From Oopsacas minuta (Eukaryota; Animalia; Porifera): a DNA stretch of 64,000 nucleotides. A program made the translations under genes and the position numbers. Location of the stretch: assembly GCA_024704765.1 (NCBI GenBank), contig JAKMXF010000343.1, positions 845,151 through 909,150 of the forward strand, in the 5' to 3' direction. Shown here in pieces: positions 1 through 11,617 of this stretch. How positions within the stretch are numbered: the stretch's first letter is position 1; each line of letters begins with the position of its first letter. Under the pieces are notes generated by a model. The model was given only the letters and a program-made list of their open reading frames with translations, did no database searches and was not told where the DNA came from.

Positions 1-551
1 TGTGAGAATTGGCAGTTGGGAACCAGGTTCATACTTTGGAATCAACTGACTGGGAGACTGAACTTCACTCATATATTAATGATCAGGCCATCACACTAGA
101 TGAGACTTCCCAGGATTTACCAGAACCTTCAGTGCTTTCCGACGAGGATGTTTACAGTGCCATAGAGGAGCTCAAGTTATATGCAATTCACAATCTAGTG
201 TCCTAGGGTCAATCATCAGTACTGAGAGTGTCGTTCATAAGACATATTATAGGAAAGCGTTGCCACATGTCTGAGAAATGTATCACAGAATTTTTTCAAA
301 GTTTAATCAATTGGATTACTTAATGACATGTGTTATACTGAAAATGGTTAATAAAACACATAAAATGAGGTTATTTGATCAAAGTTCATTACTTACAGTA
401 GTAATCTTGCACAAGTTTACAAATAACATTTATACACCTCATAAAGTTTATGATATGGCACTAAAAGGCAAACCTATTATCAAGGGATACCTGCATATTA
501 GGAACACTTTTCAGCAGTCCCAAAAGTGTTCACTAATTGGAGGTTTCACTG
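1..551 (+). mobile_element. Right end of a pogo/Tigger-like DNA transposon (left part outside window)
   Basis: Ends in ...AAAAGTGTTCACTAATTGGAGGTTTCACTG (reverse complement CAGTGAAACCTCCAATTAGTGAACAC, typical pogo/Tigger terminus) followed by TA at 552-553. ORF 9-206 is an acidic tail resembling pogo transposase C-termini (weak). Confidence 0.55.
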
Positions 552-1454
552 TATAGACGAACTCGCTTGCGAGGATGGATACGATATTGATATACCAATA
601 CTAAGTATTCGATTAAAGATGTTTTTTACAATAATACAAAAATAGATACAGCAACTAAAAAATATCAAGAGAAGACACTGATAGTGCTCCGTGTCCTGCG
701 TGTGATACATAATCCCTTAAAGTCTGAGGAATTATGAATAAATGGTTAGAAACGATTCTATTTGATTTAACGAATATATTATTTCCTAACATTTAACTGA
801 ATCCAGCTTTGGTTCATATAGTAAATAATAACTTATTGTAAACAGATGCTGCGCTTTTTCTCAGCAAACCGGTTCAGTATATCTTCATAGATGAGAGTAA
901 CTATGTTCGATTAACATGAGCAACACCAAATCGCTACCCAGCTCTAAGAACATTGTCGAGCGAAGGTAGGGTTTCACCCGTTTCAGTCCACTGAATAACA
1001 TTACCACGTGGAGTTGGTAAAAGGAACTGTCGCAGCAATTTTGGATTAGCATGAAATACGTTGAGAAGAGTCACAATTCCGTTGTGCACCTTAAGCTAAT
1101 TATCCATGAAGCTTCGATCGAACTCTTTCGACAGGGCGGGACACAGTGACAGAAACAATCGGTATCAAGAGTCATCTGGCCCTAGAAGTTACATACATGC
1201 CTTCCTTCGGCGCGAACGCTGCGAACACGATAGACTGGAAGTACAGCTAAGGCCATATAAATAATATACTAGTTTATCATCCCCGCCCGCCCCATTTAAT
1301 CTCCCCCCTCGGCAATTTTTTCACTTCAATACACATCTTTATTTAATACAAATATTCGCAGATGAGCATCTTTGAAACAAACTAACTATTTAACACTAGC
1401 GCCCTTCGCTTGCTAGGTCACTGAGCAGTGTGACTAGTCATGTGATTTTTGAAA

Positions 1455-1575
1455 ATCCAAAAAAGGTGGCACTGGCATCATAATTTCGTCAGGTGCGAAT
1501 TTTCGTCCAAGACTCAAACCTGTCCGAGTCAGGCCCAAATACCCCTGCCTGTATGGCAAAAATCAGCTCTTTGGT
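1455..1575 (+). repeat. Dispersed repeat, homologous to about 54948-55062 on the minus strand
   Basis: Both contain TCCAAAA.GGTG.CA....C.TC.TAATTTCGTCA....GAATTTTCGTCCAAGACTC.AAC.T.TCCGA...AGGCCCA.A...CCCTG.....GCAAAAATCAGC; probably a subterminal segment of an unidentified element. Confidence 0.6.
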
Positions 1576-1589
1576 GTGCACTAAATTTT

Positions 1590-1608
1590 TATTATTATTA
1601 TTATTATT
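1590..1608. repeat. (TAT)n microsatellite
   Basis: TATTATTATTATTATTATT read directly. Confidence 0.9.
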
Positions 1609-1792
1609 TATCATCATTATTTAAATTGTGCAATAATTCAGATTATAGAGAGGAACTGAATATTAGTTTTCTCATATACAGTGTAAGCTTAATACGAATA
1701 CTAACGGTCGGTACGGTTAAAATTTATTCGCCTTTCCGGAGTTCATAAACCGGAGTAATATCCATTGAAGTACGATTGTAGGGACCTGATTA

Positions 1793-3080
1793 CAGGTTTA
1801 GGCATAAGTTCTGCAACCAGTATAAACTGGTATATTTCTTATTTTACCACAATAGTAGTTGAAATTCGTAATGACTTAGTGAATATACATACTAAGGATA
1901 CGAAATTAATCTAGCTCTTCGAATGTATTGCCCTCTGCTGCGATACATAGGCTCAATCGCTTATAGAAATTATCGACAGCAGCACGCAACACATCCTCAC
2001 TGATTAAATCCCACTCTCTTCTCAAGGAAGACTTCAGACTTTCGACATTCTTGTGAGGCTTTGCACATGCCCTGGACACTAAGATGACCATATACAGAAT
2101 TCCATAGGGTTTAGATCTGGAGAAGAGGCCGGCCATTCTTCAGTTGAATTCAATTCCGGTACATTAAGTTTCAACCACTCAGATGTCATTTTGGCTTTGT
2201 AGAAGGGAGCTGAATCTTGCTGGAACACCCAATGCGCGCCATTGAAGTGCCGCCAGCCCAAGGCTTCAATGCGTTCTCTAAAATGCTCTCTACATACACC
2301 TCTTTGTTAATTTTCACCCCTTTGTCAATGAACACCAGAGGTAATAGCTAACCAAACCATGACCGATGCAGGTTTCTGAGTCCTTATGATTGTGCCTATT
2401 GATGACGATATAGACTTTTGATCTGGAGTAAGAATTAGACTGTTTTGGCGATTATATGCCATTTCTATGGTAAAAATCTACTCATCGGAGAAGACAATAC
2501 TCTGGTGCGTACCACCAGTGAACCTTTTTCTCAGAATCAGACATTTTTCATGCCTACTCCTCTCATTCACCTCAGAAAGTAACTGTACCTCTCGAAATTT
2601 GTAGCATTTCAAGCCTAAATCCTCTTTTACTATCCTCCCATACTTCTGGTCGAAATATTGAAGTCTTTTGCCATGCCTTGGATGCTTCTGACAGGATTCT
2701 TCCTGACCCTCTCCCGGACGAGCGTCCTAACAACAGGAGTAGGAACAGAACGAGGTCTAGCTTTTCTGAACCTGTCCTGGGTACTGCCTGTCTCCTTGTA
2801 ACGTTTCATTATACGGTAGACTATCCATCTGTTTATGGACAGTATTTTTGATATTACGGAAGCTGACTTGCCTTCATTATGATACAAGATTATCAATGAC
2901 CGTTTTGCTTCTTTGTCCATAAATCAGAAAAATTTTTCTAGTAGGACTCAATACTCTAAATATTGTTTAAAAAGATATTGAAGCATAAAGGTAATATATG
3001 ATAAATAAATACTCACCTAAAACCATTCGCAGAACCTCTAGCTTATTTTAAATTTGTTACAGAACTTATGGCTAACCCTA
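1793..3080 (-). mobile_element. Tc1/mariner element, maT (DD37D)-like, decayed
   Basis: About 25-bp imperfect TIRs (CAGGTTTAGGCATAAGTTCTGCAAC / TAGGGTTAGCCATAAGTTCTGTAAC), TA at 1791-1792 and 3081-3082, 1288 bp. Confidence 0.85.
1906..2920 (-). pseudogene. maT-like transposase pseudogene
   Basis: N-terminal paired-type HTH (MDKEAKRSLIIL...), IVFSDE*IFTIE..YNRQN, VFQQDSAP, WPASSPDLNPME; stops and frameshifts. Confidence 0.85.
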
Positions 3081-3671
3081 TATGTACGAATATTGCTCGT
3101 CTTATCAGAAATTCGTATTAACGAGATAGTTTAAATAGATCAGTGAAATTACGCTAAGCAAAAAATAAAAATAAAATGTCACCCCTGCCCCTATTTCACA
3201 GAAAAAAATGGATGAGAAACAAGTAATTTATTTTACATGGCCTAACTCAGAATGAGTAGTCAATCTATACAGTATGAGGGTGCTCGAAGCGATTTGAAAC
3301 GATGTCACTTAGAGAATTCACAGTCTGGAAGACATCCATCATAGTCTCTGCTTTGCCATGAAGTATCTCAGTAGCCACCGAGCATATGTGCAGCAACCAA
3401 CGCATTGTCAAGAGGTGAACCACCAAACAAGAAGCTATAATTGGAAATTGCAGGGCTTAGCACCGCAACTCCACTTTCTTCCGCAAACTCGCCGATAACG
3501 TCTCTCACAGCGGCAAGATTTGCAGACAGCTTAAATAAAATCTATACTGGCAGACTCATTGAGTCTCAGAAATCCTGGGAATCTGGCGCCTCTGAAGCTC
3601 TGGGCAGAGTTCATTTTGAATAACAACATAACTGGAATGCACTACGCTGCTGGTAGAGAGTGGCTGTAGAG

Positions 3672-5841
3672 CAGGCATGTACAACCCCCGGCCCGCATAG
3701 GACAAAACTTATGGAATATATAATCGCCCACATCCTTATTTTATTAACCCATAATTGATATTTTCAATTTCTATATTAGATATTTTGGATATTTAATCAA
3801 TTTCCTGAATATCCATATTACATGACTGATATGGCTGCTAAGCGAAGAAAAATTGACTTTGAATGTCGTGCATTCAATGATAAATGGACTGAAGAATATT
3901 TTTTATTTTTCAAGAAGACAGACCATTTGTCTTATTTGTCCTCAATCAGTAGCTGTAATCAAGGAACACAACATTAAGCGACACTATATGCTAAAACATG
4001 CTGATAAATATGACAGATTCACGCTTAATTTACGAAAGGAAAAAGTTGAAAGTCTCAAAATATCTCCTCCAGGCACAGCAAGCTATATTTACAAAGGTTA
4101 ACAGAGATGAAGAAGGCGTAGTAAGAGCTAGCTACGCCGTAAGTGAAATTATTGCTAAAAATCTCAAGTGTTTCACAGATGGAGAATTTGTTGTGGACTG
4201 TATTAAGACTGTCACTGAGATTTCGTGTCCTGAGAGAAGAACTAATTTCCTAAATCAGTCTGTCCCGTATTACAGAACCTCGAAGGCTAGATGACTTGGC
4301 AGAAAATTTAGAAGCATTGTCGATAAAATGTTCAGAAAATTCCAGTGTCTATTCCATTTGTCTCGATGAATCTACTGATGTGGGTGATACTGCACAGCTT
4401 GCAGTATTTGTCCGAGGTTTATACACTGATTTTAATATCACAGAGGATCTATTAGAGTTATGTAGTATGAGAGGTACAACTACTGGAGAATAACTGTTTG
4501 CTGAACTGAAAAATTCGTTGCTGAAATATAATTTAACTTTCTCGAAACTCATTGGATTAACTACGAACGGTGCTCCCTGTATGTTGGGAAAGAGAAAGGG
4601 CGTAGTTACGCTTGCATTGAGAGAGAGCTATCGATATTAGGTTTAGAATCCGATCTAATAATATCCATTGCATAATTCACCAGGAAAACATATGCGCTAA
4701 ACGTCTCCATATGAATAATGTAATGTCTGTTGTTGTAAATACAATAAACTTCACCCGATCAAAAGCTCTAAATCATAGACAGTTTAAAGAATTCCTGATT
4801 GATTAAATGCTGAATATGGCGATGTGACTTATTACAGCGAGGTTCGCTGGTTAAGTAGGGGAAATTGTTTGAAGAGATTCTACAATCTTTTACATGAAAT
4901 CCAACTTTTCGCCGAAATGAAAGATCACCATGTGCCTGAATTACAAGATGAGTCTTGGCAGATGGACTTAACATTTTTGGTGGACATAACAACACACCTT
5001 AATGAATTGAATACAAAGCTCCAGGGAAAAAATCAACTTGTCACCCAACTCTAGGAACATATCAAGGCATTTCAACTTAAACTTCGAATTTGGGAGAGGC
5101 AGCTGCTGGAAAATAAGGCTAGTCATTTCCCTTGCCTGGATAAACTTACTGTAAATGGGACAGCATCAATCAATTTGACCAAATATGCTGAAGAAATAAC
5201 AATACTTAAAACTGAATTTTCTCATAGGATGGCGAGTTTTGATGTCCACGAGCAAGATTTCAAAATATTTTCGTCTCCATTCGATATTGATGTTGATCTA
5301 GTTCCAGAAAGATACCAAATTGAACTAATAGAACCACAATGTACATCACATCTAAGAGAAAAGTTTAGAGATGCTCCCTTAATAGATTTTTTACAAGCAA
5401 TATTTTCGAAGACAACATTCCCAAAACTTTATTACCATGCACTTAAGATGGCATGTGTCTTTGGCAGTACCTACATCTGCGAACAATTTTTCTCGAAAAT
5501 GAAGCTTACTTAAACCAAAACTAGAACCAACCTTACTGACAGACATCTCCTAAATCAGCTTCGAGTTGCAACATCAACAATCAGACCTGATATTTCAATG
5601 ATAGTTCACTCCAAGCAGTGTCAAGTATCTCACTAGTTATCATAATTTAGTTTTTTTACTATAACATTAGGAGCTCTTAATTTATCCTTGTAAGTTGCAA
5701 GATAATTTCTAAACATCGACAAGTAATTTAATCTGATAAATATATAGTTATTACAAATTGTGAATAAAAATTAACACCCGGCCCGCAACATAGTTTGAAT
5801 ATCGTATTATGGCCCACTTCTCGAAAGGTTGTACATGCCTG
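3672..5841 (+). mobile_element. hAT element, Buster/SPIN/GTF2IRD2-like
   Basis: Perfect 15-bp TIR CAGGCATGTACAACC at 3672-3686 and 5827-5841. Flanking 8-mers CTGTAGAG and GTCTATAT both fit nnnTAnnn but differ from each other. Confidence 0.92.
3831..5636 (+). pseudogene. Buster-type hAT transposase pseudogene
   Basis: MAAKRRKID start, CLIC..NIKRHY zinc finger, SICLDESTDVGDTAQL, CIIHQ, YYSEVRWLSRG, FGSTYICEQFFSKMK; many frameshifts and stops. Confidence 0.92.
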
Positions 5842-7430
5842 GTCTATATGGTAATTCAAAGAACTAACTAATATTATTATTACAGTATTATAAATAATGA
5901 TATCTATAAATCCTTATATATATCATAAATGAGGATGCTTTGACCAATCTGGTTTGCTTTAGCCCAAATATTGAACATTTCAAAAGTTTTTATTTGATTC
6001 AGGATTAATTTCAAATAAATTTTTAGATGATTACACAAAAATTGGAGAATTAAAAACTGTATATTTTTTGAAATTTGGATATTAATCAAGGCAAGAATTG
6101 ACAGATTCACTAAGAAAAGCTGCATAGCTCTAAGAGAAGAAGCTCTAATAATTTGGATAGATAATATATTCATACACTTCTGCTATCCTTTTGAATACGA
6201 AGAATTTAGTGCTGAAGATATCAGCACTAAATTGAACATCGAATAGCGAACATAGGTCTATCGTAATTTCATATACAATTAAATCAATTGGTGAGTATGT
6301 TGTTAGCGTTGCGCAGCGACATAGAAAGCTGAGATTCATATACAATGGGCTAATAGGACAAAATGACGATTTAAAATTCAAACCAGATGCTATTCTGCAC
6401 ACCTAGCAAGTTCACAGGCTTGTCAGTCAGCCACCCACCTTTAGAATGCTTGAAGGACGTGGAACATTGTCAATCTTGAGAAAGCTAGTATGATTACAAA
6501 TAAGATATAACAGAAAACAATACAAATTGATGATGTACCTGTCACATTGTATCGTTGTTGGCTCCTAGAAAAATAAGAGATAAATATACAAAGAATGAAT
6601 CAGGTGAATGCCATAGGAGAAATGGAACGCATTTGGAATTGTCGATTTCCTTCTCTATGAACCAGGTTGCATTGCAATCAGGGTATTATCTAAGCGGGTG
6701 CGGCGCGGCTATAGTAGCATGAAGGAAGTAGATCTATAGGTGTACGAAAATTGGACAAGATACCTATGTAGAAAGTCATGATAATTATATCGTTAAGACA
6801 TATAGTCAGGTGGTAGAACTTTTTAGAAGGTGAGTAACTTCATCGAAGTTCAGGGCTGTGATGTGCACTCAGTTCATGTGTCAATTTTGGACACAATTTC
6901 AAGGTGTTAAATGAATATAAGTCAACGAGTTTGAATCGAAACAGATGTATACTCGTAATCAGTGAAAGATTTCACGTCGTTTGAATGGCCACTTGAAAAT
7001 GTTAAATAGTTTGTCACAGCAACACAGAACTATCTCATGGATGTGACAACATTCCATCCCCCAATTTTGTGAAAAAATAATCGATTTACCCATTATTCGA
7101 AGCAGCAGGGTTAGTTGAGCTAATTATGCATATATCTACACCATAAATCAGGAGGCCCCAAACTGCAGCCCGCAAAAGCCTAATATGCGTCCCGCCAAAG
7201 AATATTGGCCAATTGAAATATTTAGCTCTTCGTCCATTTACACTTTTGTTGGAAGCTAATCTATAGTTGACTGATAGAAATAATTATTTGTTTTCGACGC
7301 TTTTAAGCTGACAATATCATATTAGAAGCCTAAAACTTATTAGAAAGGATTCTGTTCTTTCAATTTCATATTTATATCTAATTGCTATCAATTTTCTGAT
7401 TCCACAAAATTTAGAAAGTACAAATATAGA

Positions 7431-9496
7431 ATGTCAATCCCGAAAAAGTGAAAAATCGAGGAAGAACATCGAGGATTTAAAGATAGATGGACAGAAACTT
7501 ATTTTTGTATACAAAATAGAGATAAAAGTGTCTTGTTTGATTTGCAATGAGGCAATTTCGGTTTTTAAAGAGCGTAACATTCGTAAGCATTACGATACAA
7601 AGCTTAAAGTAGATTACGAGCAATTTACAGAAAACCTACGTGCAGGTAATATTACAACACATTTTATCAGTACAGAGGTAGCGGAAACAGTTCAAATGTT
7701 TTTGTTCATGCTTGTCTGACCTTTCAGTGTGCACCGCCCCTGTAGTAGATATCGGATAAATGTGCACCGCTTCTAGCGTGGAATTAGTACATAGTAAAGT
7801 AGTAACTTAATGTCTGAGTGCAATATATTATAACCGACTTTCCCTCTCTACTCTGAGTGTTTTAGTTTAAAGTACAATGTTTTATCAATTTTCTTTCTTA
7901 GACAAACTCGAATATTTAAAAAGGAATCGATTATCTCAAATGAACTTATTCAAAAAGAAAGTGAATGAAGATTCTGCCACTATTTTTGCGACATATTATG
8001 TGTCACAGATTATTGCACAAAGTAGTAAACCGTTTTGCGATGGCGAATATGTTGAAAAATGCTTACTCAAAGTGGTGGATTGTATATGTCCTGACAAAAT
8101 GAATTTGTTCGAGGCTGTAAGTTTGTCTGCTAGCATTGTTACACGACGTATGGAAGAAATAAGTGACAATCTACGATCACAGTTGTTGAACGTTAAAGAT
8201 AAATTTGAACGTTTTTCAATTGGGTTAGACGAAAGTTGTGATGTGAGTGATACAAGTCAACTTCTAGTTTTTATACGTGGTATTGACAAAGACTTCCATA
8301 TAACTGAAGAATTAGCTGCTCTACATAGCTTGAAAGGGACTACAACAGGACATGATGTTTTCGAAAAACTTCATGAAACATTACGATCCCTGAATCTAGA
8401 TTGGAAGAAACTCACATCCATTACAACAGATGGGGCCAAAAGTATGGTTGGAAGGAAGATTGGATTAATTGGACGAATAAATAATCATATGGAGGATGTT
8501 GGTACGAATTTTCCCATCGCCCTTCACTGTCTCATTCACCAACAAGCGCTTTGTGCAAAATCACTTGACTTGGACTGTGTGATGAAGACAGTATTTAAAA
8601 CAGTAAATTATATCCGTGCACATGCTCTGAACCATCGTCAATTTCAGAGTTTTTCGAAGGAGGTAGACACAGATTATGACGATGTAATCTACCACAGTGA
8701 AGTACGTTGGCTTAGCCGTGGTAAAGTTTGAAGCGATTCTTTGAGCTACGTAAAGAAAGAGATTATTTCATGACTACAAAGGGGCGTCCAGTAGGTGAAC
8801 TGTCTGATGGCAAATGGGTATGGCAGCTTGCATTTCTAGCGGATGTCACACAGCACCTTAATGATCTCAACTTACGGCTTCAGGGGAAAGGGAAGCTAGT
8901 CAATCAAATGTTTTATGACGTTAAATCCTTTGATTCAAAATTATGCCTTTTTGAAAAAGAACTTTCAACAAGCAATTTGACGCTTTTTAAACTATGCCAA
9001 TTGTCAAGAATGATGTATCAGTTACCATACCATTTCCCGAATCATGGGCAAAGATTGCCATTGAATCACTCAAAGAACAGTTCAAACGACGATTTGAAGA
9101 TTTTTATGCATACTCAAAGGATATTTTAATGTTTGCAGATCCATTTATTGTTGATGTGGAGGGACTTTGGGAGGATCTGCAATTAGAAATCATAGATCTG
9201 CAGTCAAATAACGATCTTAGGTAAAAACTTAGAGAGTTGTTCGCACTGCAATTTTATCATACTCTGCCTTCAAGTATTTTCCCGAATGTTTGTGCCCTTG
9301 CCATGCGAATGGCTGCTTTATTCGGCAGTACTTATATTTGCGAACAAACCTTTCCAGAATGAAAATCGTGAAATCCAAAACTCAGTCACGATTGACTGAT
9401 GGACACCTACATGATTTGCTTCGCCTCAGTGTTTCAAATTTGATTGTAGAAATAGACCAATTGGTGAAAAGTAAACAGGCTCAGATCGCCAAATGA
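7431..9496 (+). pseudogene. Intron-containing Buster-type hAT transposase pseudogene (copy A)
   Basis: MSIPKK*KIEEEHRGF start, CLIC..NIRKHY, SIGLDESCD, ITTDGAKSM, HCLIHQQALC, HSEVRWLSRG, hAT dimerisation-like C-terminus; premature stop and several frameshifts. Confidence 0.92.
7646..7901 (+). other. Predicted 256-nt phase-1 spliceosomal intron in the hAT transposase (mirror copy 13213-13468 on minus strand)
   Basis: GCAG|GTAATA donor and TTTTCTTTCTTAG|AC acceptor. Splicing joins the 7528 and 7877 frames as ...QFTENLRA-D-KLEYLKRN.... Confidence 0.75.
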
Positions 9497-9900
9497 TACT
9501 CAACATATAGTTATAATTACAATGGTGTGTCTTGTAATTGATAATAGTCAATTAAAATTAGATTATTTAAAGCTGGGTTAAAAAGAAAATGTATATCTAT
9601 CTGCAGTTGAAATATTATATTATTAGTGTTGCGACCGCGAACAAGTTCATATAACTAATGTGGCCCTCGATTGAGAAAGGTTGGGGACCCCTGCCCTATA
9701 CAAGGTCACCTGTACAAAACGGGCACTTAAAACATTCCCCTTCGAATTTCTATTTTTTACAGTGTTCCCAAATTCCTGACCTCATTACTTTGAACTATTG
9801 CAAACCCATCATGACTGTCCAAAACCTCAAAATTCTCAATATTTCGGGATATTTTTTCTAATTTCTTAATACCAGAAGTTAGAATTTCTTAATGACACGA

Positions 9901-9927
9901 TGTATGTATGTATGTATGTGTGTATAT
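9901..9927. repeat. (TGTA)n/(TG)n microsatellite within the spacer between the hAT copies
   Basis: TGTATGTATGTATGTATGTGTGTATAT. Confidence 0.85.
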
Positions 9928-10235
9928 AATTCCAGAATTGAATGAAGAAACTGAAAACCCGCAGGGCTGATTTTGTATAAAGGAGATATAATTGAAATAT
10001 TGACCACCGAGCACTATCAAATGAAATTGTACCTTATGTTCATTTATGGCAGGGGTCCCCAACCTTTCTCAATCGAGGGCCACATTAGTTATATGAACTT
10101 GTTCGCGGTCGCAACACTAATAATATAATATTTCAACTGCAGATAGATATACATTTTCTTTTTAACCCAGCTTTAAATAATCTAATTTTAATTGACTATT
10201 ATCAATTACAATACACACCATTGTAATTATAACTA

Positions 10236-11604
10236 CAGTATGTCCAATAATTATTGCAACACTAGGGAGATTTCTTAGCGTAACCCAGAAACAATAAATA
10301 TGAAAGTATATGATCTAATTTTATGTCTACTTGTTGAGAATACACTAAAGATTAATATTTGATCTTATTTCCATCGTTTTCTACGACCATCTGACATCTA
10401 CGCTTCATAGACTTCCAATAGGGTTCCAAAAATTCGGGTGTGAGAGAATCCCAAATTGTTTGGATACACTTTTCAAGCTCAGCTAGTGATTTGGCATGTT
10501 GTTTTACAACTTGATTTTTCAACCAGCCGAATAGATTTTCTATCGGATTAAGGTCTGGTGATTGACTGAGCCATTGAAATACATTATTTGGCATTTTTTC
10601 TGAGATCCATTGTTGGGCTAATTTTGAACGGTGCTTTGGATCATTATCCTGAACGAGAAACCATCTATTTCCGTGGAAAGCCTCAGCCTGCGAAAGAAGA
10701 TGCCATTCAAGGATCTTAACAAAGAATTGTGCATCCAAATTCTGACGAAATATGCACAATGGGAAGGTACCGAAAGACGAAAATGCAGCCCATATGTGTA
10801 TTTTCGGTGAGTGTTTGGTAGTTTTTTGTGATCGTTTTTTTCCAGATTTTGTCCACATTCGAACCTTCCCACGATTAAGCCAGAAAGAGGCTTCATCTGC
10901 AAACACAGCTCTACACCACAGTTTAAATTTGTTTTTCTGTGCCCATTCAATTCTGAAGAGACGATTTTTTTTCAGATAGCAATGGAATCTGGACAGGAAA
11001 TGGCTTAGAGTATTTCAGTTTCTGAAGAGTAAGATGGACTGTACTTTTACTGACAGTCAGTTTCTTTGTTTTAGTTATCCTGGTTGTAAGTTTACGTACA
11101 CTAGTCTCTGGATCCGATTTGATGAACTGAGTAGCTGTATATTTTATTGAATTGCCGAGTAAATTTGGTCTACCACCGCCTCTTTTGTGTTTAAGGGTCA
11201 TATTTGTTTGGAGCCTTTTTTTAACCCTGTAAACTGTCCCTCGATCAACATCTAAAATGCGTGAGATTTCAGTAGGTGTATGTTTATCGCCAATCAATAG
11301 AGTTTTGATCTTTTCTCTCATCACCTCTTGAGCCATATCAACGCTAAATGCTAAATTATTCAGCTAAAAGGTAAGAGAATTTTCTAATTTATGATGAAAG
11401 GTACTAAATGATGACGTCATGGTAAATAATGACGTCATCCTCATTAGCAAAAAATATAATCCCATTGTGTTTACTCAGATTTATCTTCAAATAGATACCA
11501 ATTAACTTTCAATATTAGTACAGTAACTACTACTTATCAACTAGAACTATAGCAGTGGTTGAAATAGAAATAATGATGTGTTGCAATAATTATTGGACAT
11601 ACTG
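10236..11604 (-). mobile_element. Tc1 element inserted in the 3' non-coding part of hAT copy B
   Basis: Perfect 27-bp TIR CAGTATGTCCAATAATTATTGCAACAC. TA duplicated (10234-10235, 11605-11606); copy A shows the empty site with a single TA. Confidence 0.97.
10352..11336 (-). pseudogene. Tc1 transposase split by one extra base in an A8 run
   Basis: 129-aa HTH ORF plus 184-aa ORF with VFADEASFW, LVQDNDPKH, SQSPDLNPIENLF. Removing one A at 10965-10972 gives a 327-aa protein; D-to-E spacing is 35. Confidence 0.9.
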
Positions 11605-11617
11605 TATATGTTGAGTA

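Larger units (their letters stand above)
7149..9693 (+). mobile_element. hAT element, Buster/GTF2IRD2-like, copy A
   Basis: Left end CAGGAGGCCCCAAAC, right end reverse complement CAGGGGTCCCCAACC. Flanks CCATAAAT (7141-7148) and CCCTATAC (9694-9701). Confidence 0.95.

Noticed and set aside
1395-1440. Possible Helitron 3' end (GTCAC...GTGAC hairpin followed by TAGT)
   Set aside because: The hairpin is short and overlaps the CTAG; no 5' TC end, second copy or Rep/helicase sequence was seen.
4349-4995. Minus-strand ORFs overlapping transposases (also 10752, 14813, 15666, 18660, 28654, 29913, 37008, 50352, 57569)
   Set aside because: They are antisense or off-frame shadows of transposase coding sequence.
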